Virus record (IMG/VR): IMGVR_UViG_2934356561_000002
Location: 1 to 64,000 of that record
Direction: 5' to 3' (one strand)
DNA: 64,000 bases
Source: a virus
Lineage: Duplodnaviria; Caudoviricetes
The position numbers and the translations under genes were made by a program. Below, one piece after another: positions 9,461 through 18,446 of this stretch. The notes beneath the pieces are model-generated. The model ran no database searches, had not been told where the DNA came from, and worked only from the letters and a program-made list of their open reading frames with translations. Numbering within the stretch: the stretch's first letter is position 1; every line of letters begins with the position of its first letter.

Positions 9461-9483
9461 ACTGTACTCGTACACGCGTTCGA
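9461..9483 (-). promoter_or_regulatory. Actinobacterial LexA (SOS) box overlapping the rep promoter
   Basis: TCGTAC-ACGC-GTTCGA (1 mismatch to TCGAAC-N4-GTTCGA) next to minus-strand -10 TACAGT. Confidence 0.65.
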
Positions 9484-9671
9484 ACGTGTCATGCGGGGTG
9501 TTCGTGTCGCCATGAGTTTGCTGGCACGGGATGCCGCTGGTTGTGGGGGACTTTTGCGGCGAATCAGGCGTTCGGGCGTGCGGAAGCTGACAAGCGGTGT
9601 GCGCGTACGGCACTATGTACCTGCTTTCCTCGTGATGGCGGGCACGCAAAGGGCCCGGTGGTGAGGTGAGT

Positions 9672-9686
9672 GGTTCGGACAGAACC
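9672..9686. repeat. Degenerate parS-like palindrome 6
   Basis: GGTTCGG-A-CAGAACC, 1 mismatch to the core. Confidence 0.5.
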
Positions 9687-9839
9687 TGTTAGATCGCCCG
9701 TTCGGATTGGCGTCCGATGGGCCTTAGCTCGGCTTTGGCGAGTCGAGCAGTGGAAGTGGGCCGCAAGGCCCGGTAGGTATTGGCGTACCGATCCGGGGAA
9801 GCGGCTAGGCGGTCGAGGAATCTCCCGCCCTGAACGTTG

Positions 9840-10616
9840 CTACGTCACCTGATCTCCCTCGTTCGGTTCGGGCTTGCTGCCGCCCGACAGTGTCGGGTTC
9901 AGGACGTTCAAGCCCTGCTCCTTCCACTGCGTCTCGTACCGCCACACCGCGTTGGAGCACTCCTCCTGGAGGCGAGCGTGGAAGACGGCGGAATCTGTGC
10001 CCCAGTCGGGACGCCAGAGGTTCGGGCCGGGGAACCGTGTCGCCTTCATGCGGGAGGTGATTGCCTCACCGCAGCCAAGGCAGGCTCCGCGCGGAATGGA
10101 CATCAACCGGTCGGCCTTCTCCATCTCCCGGTCAACGGTGGCCTCCGTCTCCGCGTGACGGCACGGGGGGAGTTCGCTGCACACACGGCATACGACGTAG
10201 TGCTCAGGGAGTACCTGCCACTCGCAAGAGACAGGCGCGAGCAGGTGCCGGGGCTTTGACTTCGGCTTGTCGACCTGCTGAAGGACGACGTTCACCGGCC
10301 GGTAGTACCACCTGGCGCGGACAGGCTCAGACCAGGCGTCGAGGGGAGCCCCCCACGACGTCACCTCTCCTGCCGCGCGGGCCGCCTCATGCTCAACCCA
10401 GCGGGCGAACTTGCTCTGCCAGGCCTGCTCAAAGTCTGCGGGCCACAGGTCTTCGGGCTTCTCCCGGATCTCCAGGACCCGCCACGCCTGCCGCTCGTAG
10501 ACGACGATGCTGCCGACCTCGACGCCGGGCACGCCTTCGCGGTAACCGTTATGGGGCAGTGCAACGCGGCGATAGTCCCTGGACTGGGCGGTGCTCCACT
10601 CACTGTTGCGGCTCAT
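9840..10616 (-). CDS. Hypothetical protein with Cys motifs
   Basis: CRVCSELPPC and CLGC motifs; ATGA overlap with upstream gene. Confidence 0.75.
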   Translation of the reverse strand: MSRNSEWSTAQSRDYRRVALPHNGYREGVPGVEVGSIVVYERQAWRVLEIREKPEDLWPADFEQAWQSKFARWVEHEAARAAGEVTSWGAPLDAWSEPVRARWYYRPVNVVLQQVDKPKSKPRHLLAPVSCEWQVLPEHYVVCRVCSELPPCRHAETEATVDREMEKADRLMSIPRGACLGCGEAITSRMKATRFPGPNLWRPDWGTDSAVFHARLQEECSNAVWRYETQWKEQGLNVLNPTLSGGSKPEPNEGDQVT

Positions 10617-11062
10617 CGCTCGCCCTCCGTCCAGCCGTAGCCCTCGGCGAGAAGCCGCACGACGGGGCAGGTGTCGCCGTGGCCGAACTGGGTCCACTCG
10701 TCCAGGTAGCCGGTCTCATCCTCGGCGGGGCACGAGTGCATTCGGTGCCCGTGCAGTTCGATGAGCTTCCGGTCGGCGGCGCAGCGGCGCAGAACCGACG
10801 CGGGGTCGTGCAGGACGATGTGAACTGAACGGTCCTTGGAAGGGTGCACCTCGTTGTAGACAAGGGCCTTGGCCTGGGTGACGTCGTCATCGCTGTAGAT
10901 GACGTCCGACTCAAGTTCCCAGTCCTCGACATGACGGTCGTCCGGGCTACCTCCGCTATACCAACGTCCTGCCCCGCCCTCGCATGCTCGCTGGGCGGCG
11001 TTCGCGTGGATGCTGATGACGGTGTCGAGCCAGGCGAGGATGTCCCCGCCTTGGGCAGTCAC
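10613..11062 (-). CDS. DUF6221-like protein
   Basis: HDPASVLRRCAADRKLIELH...CPVVRLLAEGY signature. Confidence 0.75.
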   Translation of the reverse strand: MTAQGGDILAWLDTVISIHANAAQRACEGGAGRWYSGGSPDDRHVEDWELESDVIYSDDDVTQAKALVYNEVHPSKDRSVHIVLHDPASVLRRCAADRKLIELHGHRMHSCPAEDETGYLDEWTQFGHGDTCPVVRLLAEGYGWTEGER

Positions 11063-11430
11063 GCGAGGAGTGAAGTAGTGGTGACAGGGCCCTGCTGCGT
11101 CGGCGGTGTGATGTTCACGCCGGAACGCGGGGTCCTACTGTCGTCAGGGGAAGATCCCCGGGTATTCTTCTTCATGGCCACTTCCACTTGTGTCGCAACG
11201 GGTGAGTGGTCCGGCCCCGCTCCCCGGTGTGCAACCACCTGGGACTCCAGCGGGGCCTTTCCAATGTCTTGGTGGCTCCGTTCGACCGAACCCACTTCTG
11301 AGTAGTCGTCTGGTGCCAGGCCCAGCCTACTCGTTCGGGTATCCACTTGTCTCTCCTCTGGCTGATCGTGTCATTGATCGGACTTGTCATCAGATAGGCA
11401 GCTCATCGCACGACTGTGCGGGCGACGATC

Positions 11431-11473
11431 TCTGTCCTATAAAAACTCACACCAAGTAACAGGATCTTGCTCG
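11431..11473. repeat. 43-bp inverted repeat, left copy (candidate recombination site)
   Basis: TCTGTCCTATAAAAACTCACACCAAGTAACAGGATCTTGCTCG; reverse complement matches 25491-25533 at 41/43. Confidence 0.9.
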
Positions 11474-11489
11474 GGTGCCCGGTACCCCT

Positions 11490-11906
11490 TCAAGAAGCCC
11501 TAGCCAGCAAAAAGGAAGTAGACGACTTGGGCTCGGTCCGGATTTCGTGGACCTGCCCCACCGCCCCGGGCTGGCCGTCACGCTCTGCGGGTTGGGCGGC
11601 GGCCCGTCGCGCGGCGCGCCCTTGGGTGGCGGCGGTGCAGCACACATCACACCGGCACTGAAGGCAGTTGTACCGGTACTCGCCGTGCGCCACGTTCCCC
11701 TGCCGGACCTTCTTCCCCGCGGCCTTCGCGTCGGCGAGTGCCTGGCCGAAGGCGGGGTCGGTGCGGGCGTGGCGGGGCGGGACGTTGTGGTGGATGCCCG
11801 CGGTGGTGGCCGCGTCGGCGAGGTTCATGCCGGTGGCGACGGCGTCGAGGTACCGGTGCCGCTTCTTCTCGTCGAACAGGTCCCGGTTGGTGGCGGTGTA
11901 CGTCAC
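11490..11906 (-). CDS. HTH plus Cys-cluster protein
   Basis: YLDAVATGMNLADAATTAGI HTH; HGEYRYNCLQCRCDVC. Confidence 0.7.
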   Translation of the reverse strand: MTYTATNRDLFDEKKRHRYLDAVATGMNLADAATTAGIHHNVPPRHARTDPAFGQALADAKAAGKKVRQGNVAHGEYRYNCLQCRCDVCCTAATQGRAARRAAAQPAERDGQPGAVGQVHEIRTEPKSSTSFLLARAS

Positions 11907-12346
11907 GGGTGGCCCCCGTCCCGCACACCCGTGGCGTGGTCGAGGGGTTCGTCGTCGGCGGGGTGCTGGGGCGGGTGAATGGCGGCGGATCGTGCGGCCA
12001 AGTTGCCCATGGCCGTGTACCCGGCGTTCGCCAGTTCGGCGCGGAGCCGGTTCAGGGCGTCGGGGGTCCAGGAGGGGCGGACGGAAAGTTGGCCAGCGCG
12101 GAACCCGACCGGGAGGGCGGCCTGCCACACGGCCTCGACCATGACGGGGTCGTAGTCCGGGAACAGGTCGGCGGGCAACCTGCGCACGGTGCCCGCGGCT
12201 TCGAGGGTTCCGGCGGCGATGAGTCCGGCGAGGTAGTCCCCGGAGGACTGGCACCGGTTGGCGAGGGCCTGATCGTCGGCGGCGGCAGGCCTGGCCGTGA
12301 GGCCCGTGACGGGGGCGGCCGGGGCTGGGGTGTGGTGAGTGGTCAT
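11903..12346 (-). CDS. Hypothetical protein
   Basis: 147 aa, coupled on both sides. Confidence 0.65.
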   Translation of the reverse strand: MTTHHTPAPAAPVTGLTARPAAADDQALANRCQSSGDYLAGLIAAGTLEAAGTVRRLPADLFPDYDPVMVEAVWQAALPVGFRAGQLSVRPSWTPDALNRLRAELANAGYTAMGNLAARSAAIHPPQHPADDEPLDHATGVRDGGHP

Positions 12347-13263
12347 GCGGCAGGCTCCAGCACGGTGGTCGGGACGAAGGGGATACGGGGCTGCAGGGCG
12401 GTCCGTACAGCGGTGAGGCGGCGCAGCCGGGCACGGCGCGGTGAGGGGCCGGAGCCGGGCCCGCGGCCTGCTGGTGGGCGGCCGGGACGGGCCGGGAGGC
12501 GGCACCCGCGGGGAATGTCTTCCAGGCCGGGCAGGATCAGCTGGACGGGGCGGCCGGGGGCGATGCGGCGCTGCCGTGCCCCGTCCGTCGTCGGCGCCGC
12601 CGCGTACGCCCACGGCCCGTCGGGGCGTATCCGGGTCGAGCGCGGCAACAGCCCCTGGTCGACGGCCGCGGCGAGGAGCTGGTCGCGGGTCGCGCGCTCC
12701 TTGTCGAGGCCGAGCATCGTCACCAAGGTGGACCGGTGCCAGTTTGCGGACCGCAGATCCATCCCGGCCCGGTACGCGACCAGTTCGGGGTCGGTCTCGC
12801 GGGCAAGGGCGACCAGGACGGCGCGCTTCTGCCGGGTGCGGCCTTCGGGCAGGTCCCGGACCACGGCGGCCGGCTCCTCAGCGGCGGGGATGGTGCCGAC
12901 CGTCGCGGCGTGCCGGCGGGCGATCAGAGCGCGGTGCCGGGTCAGGGCCAGCTCCCCGCCCATGACGCCCTCGGGCTCGACCAGGTGCTCGACACCTTCC
13001 GCGTCGACCACGGTCGTGTTCGCGTACGTACGGCACAGGGGCAGGACCGGGCACCGGGCGCAGATCTGCCTGGCGACGCGCTCCCGGTCGAAGCGGACCT
13101 TCTGCGGCTCCGCCCCGTCACCGGTGTACGGGCCCCACGCGTCCAGAGTCACGTCCGGGTCCGCGGCCGACACGGCCGGGTCGTCCTCGTCGGGGGCGCA
13201 CCCTCGGTACTTGTAGTGCCGGGCATCGACGAGCTGCTGCCGGGCGCTGATCGGGTCCGTCAT
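12343..13263 (-). CDS. WhiB-family Fe-S regulator fused to a LuxR-like HTH
   Basis: C...CARCPVLPLC...GVMGG WhiB motif; C-terminal RQKRAVLVALARE...MLGL...LLAAAVDQGLL. Confidence 0.75.
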   Translation of the reverse strand: MTDPISARQQLVDARHYKYRGCAPDEDDPAVSAADPDVTLDAWGPYTGDGAEPQKVRFDRERVARQICARCPVLPLCRTYANTTVVDAEGVEHLVEPEGVMGGELALTRHRALIARRHAATVGTIPAAEEPAAVVRDLPEGRTRQKRAVLVALARETDPELVAYRAGMDLRSANWHRSTLVTMLGLDKERATRDQLLAAAVDQGLLPRSTRIRPDGPWAYAAAPTTDGARQRRIAPGRPVQLILPGLEDIPRGCRLPARPGRPPAGRGPGSGPSPRRARLRRLTAVRTALQPRIPFVPTTVLEPAA

Positions 13264-13559
13264 GGTGTGTCCCCCTCCTGCGGGTTGTGGCGTGTGGTGC
13301 GGGCGTACTCGGCGGTGATGATCTGTTCGGCCTCGGCGAGGAGCTGCTCGCGCAGCTCGGCGGCCCGGAGCTCGGCGACCGCGGCCCGGATCCGGCGCTT
13401 GAAGGCTTCCGTGTCGCGGTGGTGGGCGGCCTCCGCCAGACGGACCGTGGCCCGCTCCAGCCGGATCAGACGCTGCAGGGCGCGCAGCCGCCACCACGCC
13501 AGGCTGGCGCCTATGGTCAGGGCGGCGAACCCCGCCACGGCTATCGGGTACACGGACAT
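13260..13559 (-). CDS. Small membrane-anchored coiled-coil protein
   Basis: N-terminal TM helix; RBS GAGGAGG. Confidence 0.7.
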   Translation of the reverse strand: MSVYPIAVAGFAALTIGASLAWWRLRALQRLIRLERATVRLAEAAHHRDTEAFKRRIRAAVAELRAAELREQLLAEAEQIITAEYARTTRHNPQEGDTP

Positions 13560-13650
13560 CGCCTCCTCCTCATCGGGGCGCCAGGAACTACGGGTGGGGA
13601 AGACTGCGGCCGGCCCCGAATGGGACCGGCCGGTGGATCAGGCTGAGGAA

Positions 13651-15390
13651 CTACGCGGCGTCCGCGAGTACACGGTCCTGCGGGCTGTGAATGACGGCTC
13701 GCAGCCGGGTTCCGATCCAGGTGCCGACCCGCGGGCTCACTGCGTTGCCGAATCCGTCGACCTGGTTGCGGTCGGATCCCCAGACGGTGAAGGTGCCCTG
13801 GTAGTCGCCGAAGTCGACGTCGAAGCCGCACCCACGGCCGATCTCATACGCCCGCATCATGCGGAAGTAGCAGTCCTCAAGGGGCAGGTTGGCAAGCGAG
13901 GCCCGCCACTGCGCCATGAGCAGCGCCGTCGTGTCGTGAGCGGTGAGGGTGCCAAGCGGGTCGGTCAGTGGGTGCGGTGCGGTCTCGGTCCCAGTGGGGC
14001 CGTTCTGCTTGTACCAGCCGGCGGCCGTGAGCAGCCCCGGGATTTGATCCGAGGTGACCGTCGGCATCGCCTGGCTGTGCATCGTGGACAGCGTGTTCTG
14101 CCGGTACGGAATGACCCCCGAGGACACAATGGCAAGCGTTTCCGACCCGACCTGCGTAGGCAGCGGCTCCACGGCCGAGCGCGGGCCGCCCTGGTAGTTG
14201 TCCACGGCGAGCGCCATGGACGGCGTCACGAGCTCCGTTGTGGCGGACTGGTCCCACAGCGGTGGGGTAAGCGGCCCGGTCGACAGGATCGATGTTTCCT
14301 GCTGGCTGGTCTGCGTCGACATTGGCTGCCACGGATGCCGCTCCGAGCCGTGCACCGCCTTCGCTGGCATGAGCACCGCGGGGAATTCACCGAACCGCTG
14401 ACGGCAGCGCTCCGCGCGGGCCATCGTCGACCGCGCGAGCGGCCCGACGAAGCCGTCCTTGAACGTCTTGGTCGGCTTGTCGCCGATGCGGGTGCCCAGG
14501 TCGGACAGGTCGAGTGCGGCCAGCGACGGCGTCATCGGAGGGACGACCGGGCGGCGGCAGCTGGGGCACCGGTACTCGTACTGCTTGCCGTAGCGCACCG
14601 ACCCGGTCGGCGGAATGCCCGTCTTCCATGTCCACACCGCCTCGACGTCCTTGTCGCAGTGGTGGCAGCGCGACACCGGGCGGTGCTCTAGGTCGGGGGC
14701 GGGCAGGGACTTGTCCCAGAACGCGATGTACAGACGGTCGCGGGACTGCGGCACGCCGAAGAACTGCGAGTTCAGGTACAGCACCTTGTGCCGGTAGTTC
14801 AGCAGGTCGAACCGCTTGAGCCACCACCGGTACGTGGTTCCGTCGCCGACCTTCGGCCGTCCAGGGATGGCCGGCCCCCACGACGTCAGCTCGGTGGTGC
14901 ACTCGATCAGGATCAGCCGCGGGCGGTGCTGGGCTGCGTAGTGCAGGACACAATTCGCGGTGGCCCGGTCCCGCTCCGACTTCGTGACGCGGGCCTCGTA
15001 GTCGGGGTCCTCCAGCTCGAACAGTGTCCCGCCCTGCTCGTAGGCCTTGACTGTGTTGGCCTGCGAGTGGTTCGTGCACGTCACGCCCGCGACCAGCAGG
15101 TCCGCGGCGGGCAGGTCGCGGGCGGAGTGGTAGTCCGCCTCGTCGGGGTTGATCAGGTCAGCGATCCAGTGTTCGGCCTCGGGGTGGTTCGCCTCGTGGA
15201 CCTCGACCTTGTAGCTGTTGTGGTTCGCCGCCATGATCGTGGTGAACCCAGCTCGCTTGATGCCCTCGGTGAGGCCGCCGAAGCCGGAGAACAGGTCGAC
15301 AGCGACCAGGTCGTCGTGCCTGAACCGGCGACGCCTTACGGCCGGCCGGTGCGTGGCGGTGCGGGTCTGCATCGTGGTGGCACGGGCCAT
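13651..15390 (-). CDS. Orphan C5-cytosine DNA methyltransferase
   Basis: DLFSGFGG (I), GVTCTNHS (IV variant), QSRDR (VIII), GFGNAVSP (X). Confidence 0.88.
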   Translation of the reverse strand: MARATTMQTRTATHRPAVRRRRFRHDDLVAVDLFSGFGGLTEGIKRAGFTTIMAANHNSYKVEVHEANHPEAEHWIADLINPDEADYHSARDLPAADLLVAGVTCTNHSQANTVKAYEQGGTLFELEDPDYEARVTKSERDRATANCVLHYAAQHRPRLILIECTTELTSWGPAIPGRPKVGDGTTYRWWLKRFDLLNYRHKVLYLNSQFFGVPQSRDRLYIAFWDKSLPAPDLEHRPVSRCHHCDKDVEAVWTWKTGIPPTGSVRYGKQYEYRCPSCRRPVVPPMTPSLAALDLSDLGTRIGDKPTKTFKDGFVGPLARSTMARAERCRQRFGEFPAVLMPAKAVHGSERHPWQPMSTQTSQQETSILSTGPLTPPLWDQSATTELVTPSMALAVDNYQGGPRSAVEPLPTQVGSETLAIVSSGVIPYRQNTLSTMHSQAMPTVTSDQIPGLLTAAGWYKQNGPTGTETAPHPLTDPLGTLTAHDTTALLMAQWRASLANLPLEDCYFRMMRAYEIGRGCGFDVDFGDYQGTFTVWGSDRNQVDGFGNAVSPRVGTWIGTRLRAVIHSPQDRVLADAA

Positions 15391-16550
15391 CAGGCGGCGC
15401 TCCTCTCCGGGGCGTGGGCGTTCTGCTCGGCCTGTCGGGTCTGCTCCTTGAGTTCGGCGATGCGGGCGGTGACCATGTCGCCGAACGGCACCCAGCCGCC
15501 GACCGGGCCCTCGACCTCTCGTAGCAGCTGGTTGCGGCGGCCAGCCTCGGCCACGTCCTTCGTGAGCTCGGTGAAGTCGTTCCAGTGCCGCTGCACCTGG
15601 AGCATCAGCTGGTCGATCGGGTCGATACTGCTTGGCTGCTGTTCCCCGGCCGACGACTGCTCAGTGGCGGACCCTCGGAGTTGAGCGATGCGGGTGTTCA
15701 GCATGTCCTCGACTCGGGTCGGGACCTTCGGCTCACCAAACGGCACTTGCTCGTTCAGCAGGGCATTCGCGTGAGCCGCCGCCAGTACATCCACAGTGGC
15801 GTCGAGGCTGTTCCACCCCTCGCGGACGCGCGTCAGGAACTTGGTGAGTACCAGTTCCTGCGTCTGCGCGGGCGACATTGCGGCGGGAGCCTGTTCCGGC
15901 ACCGTGACCGTGTGGCTGTCGTTCTGGGCCTCCTGCGCGCTGGGCTCTGGGCGTACGGGCGGGTCTTCCGGCTCCGGCTCCGGCGGCTGTGCCTGCGGCT
16001 TCCACTCCTGCGGCGGGTGAGCAGCGGAGAAGACGACCACCGGGTCCTGTGACCCGTCGTTGTACAGCGACAGGCCGAACTGGTCACCGAGGTTCACCGC
16101 GCACCGCTTCAACGCCTGAGAGAACGCGGTCTTCATCGCCATGTCGTGCGCGTCGCCGAGTGAGGGCTGGTTCACGGAGTCGCCGGCTGCGCCGTCGTCG
16201 AAGTACGCGATCGCGGTACCGGTGCTGTTCTTGAGGATGAGGCGGACCTGGGCGCGGTAGACCACCGTCCAGCGTGACCGCTCGCCCTGCTTCGTCTCGC
16301 GTTCGGACACCAGGTCCAGGCCGATGGTCTCGATGTCGAAGCCGCCGAAGCCGAAGATGCGGATCAGCTGGCGGCGGACGTCCCACGCTTCGAGGTGAGA
16401 CATGCCGCGCAGGTTCCGGACCCGGTTGCCATTGATGCCCCCGTGAAGCATCCGCAGCTGGTACGGGGAGAACCGGGCGGTCTGATTTTGGGTGTGCGAG
16501 GTGGGGCCCTCCGCCGTGTTGCTGGCGGGGGCCTCGACGGCCGTAGCCAT
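15390..16550 (-). CDS. Sak/Rad52-family single-strand annealing protein
   Basis: SHLEAWDVRRQLIRIFGFGG...AMKTAFSQALKRCAVNLGDQFGLSLY. Confidence 0.88.
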   Translation of the reverse strand: MATAVEAPASNTAEGPTSHTQNQTARFSPYQLRMLHGGINGNRVRNLRGMSHLEAWDVRRQLIRIFGFGGFDIETIGLDLVSERETKQGERSRWTVVYRAQVRLILKNSTGTAIAYFDDGAAGDSVNQPSLGDAHDMAMKTAFSQALKRCAVNLGDQFGLSLYNDGSQDPVVVFSAAHPPQEWKPQAQPPEPEPEDPPVRPEPSAQEAQNDSHTVTVPEQAPAAMSPAQTQELVLTKFLTRVREGWNSLDATVDVLAAAHANALLNEQVPFGEPKVPTRVEDMLNTRIAQLRGSATEQSSAGEQQPSSIDPIDQLMLQVQRHWNDFTELTKDVAEAGRRNQLLREVEGPVGGWVPFGDMVTARIAELKEQTRQAEQNAHAPERSAA

Positions 16551-16633
16551 GAGGTCTCCAGCGATGTGAGGTTGTTGCTGCTATGCGGGGTGGGCCCGGT
16601 TGTCGGCGTCCAGGCCCACCCCGGCAGGGATGA

Positions 16634-17485
16634 CTACTCGGACGCGCCCGGATCGACGTCGTACTTGTGCAGCAGGTACGCGATGGCGATCTGCAGGGGG
16701 CGCAGGCCCTTGGCGGACGCCACCTGCACGTAAAGGTCGTCGTTCGGATTGATCCGCAGATTCACCAGGTCCGACGTGTCCGACCACACCGGGGCGTCCG
16801 GATTGAACTCGCCGGCGAGGTACTTCTGGAAGCCCTCGTTGACGTCATCGGTGACCATGCGGCCCGCGGCCTTCGCCCGGGAACGGATCTGATCCCGCAC
16901 GGCGCGCGGAACCTGCGGGTTGCGTACCGAGCCGGTCACCGGCAGGGTGTCTGCGCTGCCGGTCGCGTACGGGCCGACCTTGTACTTGTGCATCAGGAAG
17001 TCCGCCGCCACGTTCGCAGCCGACAGCCCCGCCCGCTCCTCGACCTGCTGACGCAGCGAAAGAACCGGGGTCACGTTGAGGGTCGCCTTCTCCGCAGCGC
17101 CGTACCGGGCCCGTGCCGGCTTGCGCGGGCTGTACTCGCCGGCCAGAACCATGCGGAAGCCTTCGTTGACGTCGTCGGTGACCGTTGTGCCAGCGGCAGC
17201 CGCAGCGGCCACGATCTGGTCCCGGGCCGTCTTGCTGAGCAGGAGCTGCAGGTTGGGGCCGGGGGTCCCTTCCGGGTCCGTGGCGCGCAGGGCTGCCCAG
17301 CCCCTGGGGGCGAGCACCGTGTCGATCCATGTGGCCAGGGCGGGTGAGTCGACTTCCCGGAGGCGTTCGGATGCGGCGACGAGTCCGGTGCGCAGTTCGC
17401 GGTTGGTGGGCACGGGGCGGGGTCCTCTCGGCGAGCGCCGGTCGGACCTGGGGTTCGGCGGGCGCTTCTTGGGGGCGTTGGCCAC
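16634..17485 (-). CDS. Tandem-duplicated ribbon-helix-helix-like DNA-binding protein (candidate repressor)
   Basis: Internal repeat RDQI..AG..VTDDVNEGF..LAGE..P x2; RBS AAAGGAGG before GTG at 17485. Confidence 0.65.
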   Translation of the reverse strand: MANAPKKRPPNPRSDRRSPRGPRPVPTNRELRTGLVAASERLREVDSPALATWIDTVLAPRGWAALRATDPEGTPGPNLQLLLSKTARDQIVAAAAAAGTTVTDDVNEGFRMVLAGEYSPRKPARARYGAAEKATLNVTPVLSLRQQVEERAGLSAANVAADFLMHKYKVGPYATGSADTLPVTGSVRNPQVPRAVRDQIRSRAKAAGRMVTDDVNEGFQKYLAGEFNPDAPVWSDTSDLVNLRINPNDDLYVQVASAKGLRPLQIAIAYLLHKYDVDPGASE

Positions 17486-17644
17486 GCCAGTTTCCTCCTT
17501 TTCGATTGCGGGCGCCATGTTCGTTGGGGTAGCGCCTGCCGTCGGGGCTGTCCCGACAACAGGAACTCTACCCGCATTCCCATTGTGCTTACAAGGGGAG
17601 TGTGGGATGGTTGTCACACATCAACCACACAGCGGGGGCACCGA

Positions 17645-18043
17645 ATGCGACACACGAACCAGCAGACGACCACCAAGACCCTCGCCGACCTGTACCGCAC
17701 CATCGACCGCCAGCACGCGGTGACCATCACCTATCTCGACGAGAACGGTGACGAGACCCTGCGGACGATCGAGCCGTATGACATCCGCACCACCAAGTCC
17801 GGCCGCATCGAAGTCCGCGCCATGTGCCGACTCCGGGGCGAAGCGCGCGGCTTCCTGCTTCACCGGATCGTGGCCTACACCTGCCACAGGATCGCGTTCG
17901 TCATCGACCGACCGGAGGCAACAACCCCCGTCGGGCGCGTCATCGTGGTCCGTAGCCCCGCACAGCTCATCGCCCGCGAACTCGGCCGCGACTACCTCCC
18001 CCGCACCGCCGTCACCTGCGACACCGCAGCACTTGCCGCCTAG
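17645..18043 (+). CDS. Stand-alone WYL-domain protein
   Basis: VTITYLDENGDETLRTIEPY...AMCRLRGEARGFLLHRI. Confidence 0.85.
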   Translation: MRHTNQQTTTKTLADLYRTIDRQHAVTITYLDENGDETLRTIEPYDIRTTKSGRIEVRAMCRLRGEARGFLLHRIVAYTCHRIAFVIDRPEATTPVGRVIVVRSPAQLIARELGRDYLPRTAVTCDTAALAA

Positions 18044-18052
18044 GAGGACCCC

Positions 18053-18364
18053 ATGCCTGTACGCCATGGAAAGGGCATCCCTGTGAACGCGTCCCGCCGA
18101 CCCACCCCTGCCCAGCGTGTCTTGATGGGATACACCGCCTCTGGAGAGGTGGCCCGCATCCACCACGCCCGCGCAGGCTGGGCGGTCCGGCTCACCACGG
18201 TGCGCAGCAGAGGCGCCGGCGGAGGCCTTGGCCGCAAGGTGGACGTCGCTGTTCGCGCCCTGGCCGCGTCCGGCTGGGCCTACGAGGGCGCCCACGACCG
18301 CCGCACCGGTTATGTCTGGCACCTCACCGATGCAGGGCGCTCGCACCTTGAGAGTGATGGGTAG
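18053..18364 (+). CDS. Small winged-HTH-like protein
   Basis: RBS AGGAGG; C-terminal WHLTDAGRSHL wing motif. Confidence 0.6.
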   Translation: MPVRHGKGIPVNASRRPTPAQRVLMGYTASGEVARIHHARAGWAVRLTTVRSRGAGGGLGRKVDVAVRALAASGWAYEGAHDRRTGYVWHLTDAGRSHLESDG

Positions 18365-18446
18365 TAGCGGCAGCCTTCGCAACGCACCGCAGACCGAACG
18401 GAAGTGGTTCGGCCGTCCGCAAAAGCCCTGACCCCAGGAACACCGA

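Noticed and set aside
11059-11390. Short ORFs beside the left inverted repeat
   Set aside because: No recognisable motifs or convincing RBS; left unannotated, possibly decayed cargo
12736-14691. 651-aa plus-strand ORF
   Set aside because: Antisense shadow of the WhiB-fusion and methyltransferase genes; Arg/Gly-rich with no motifs, typical of high-GC DNA
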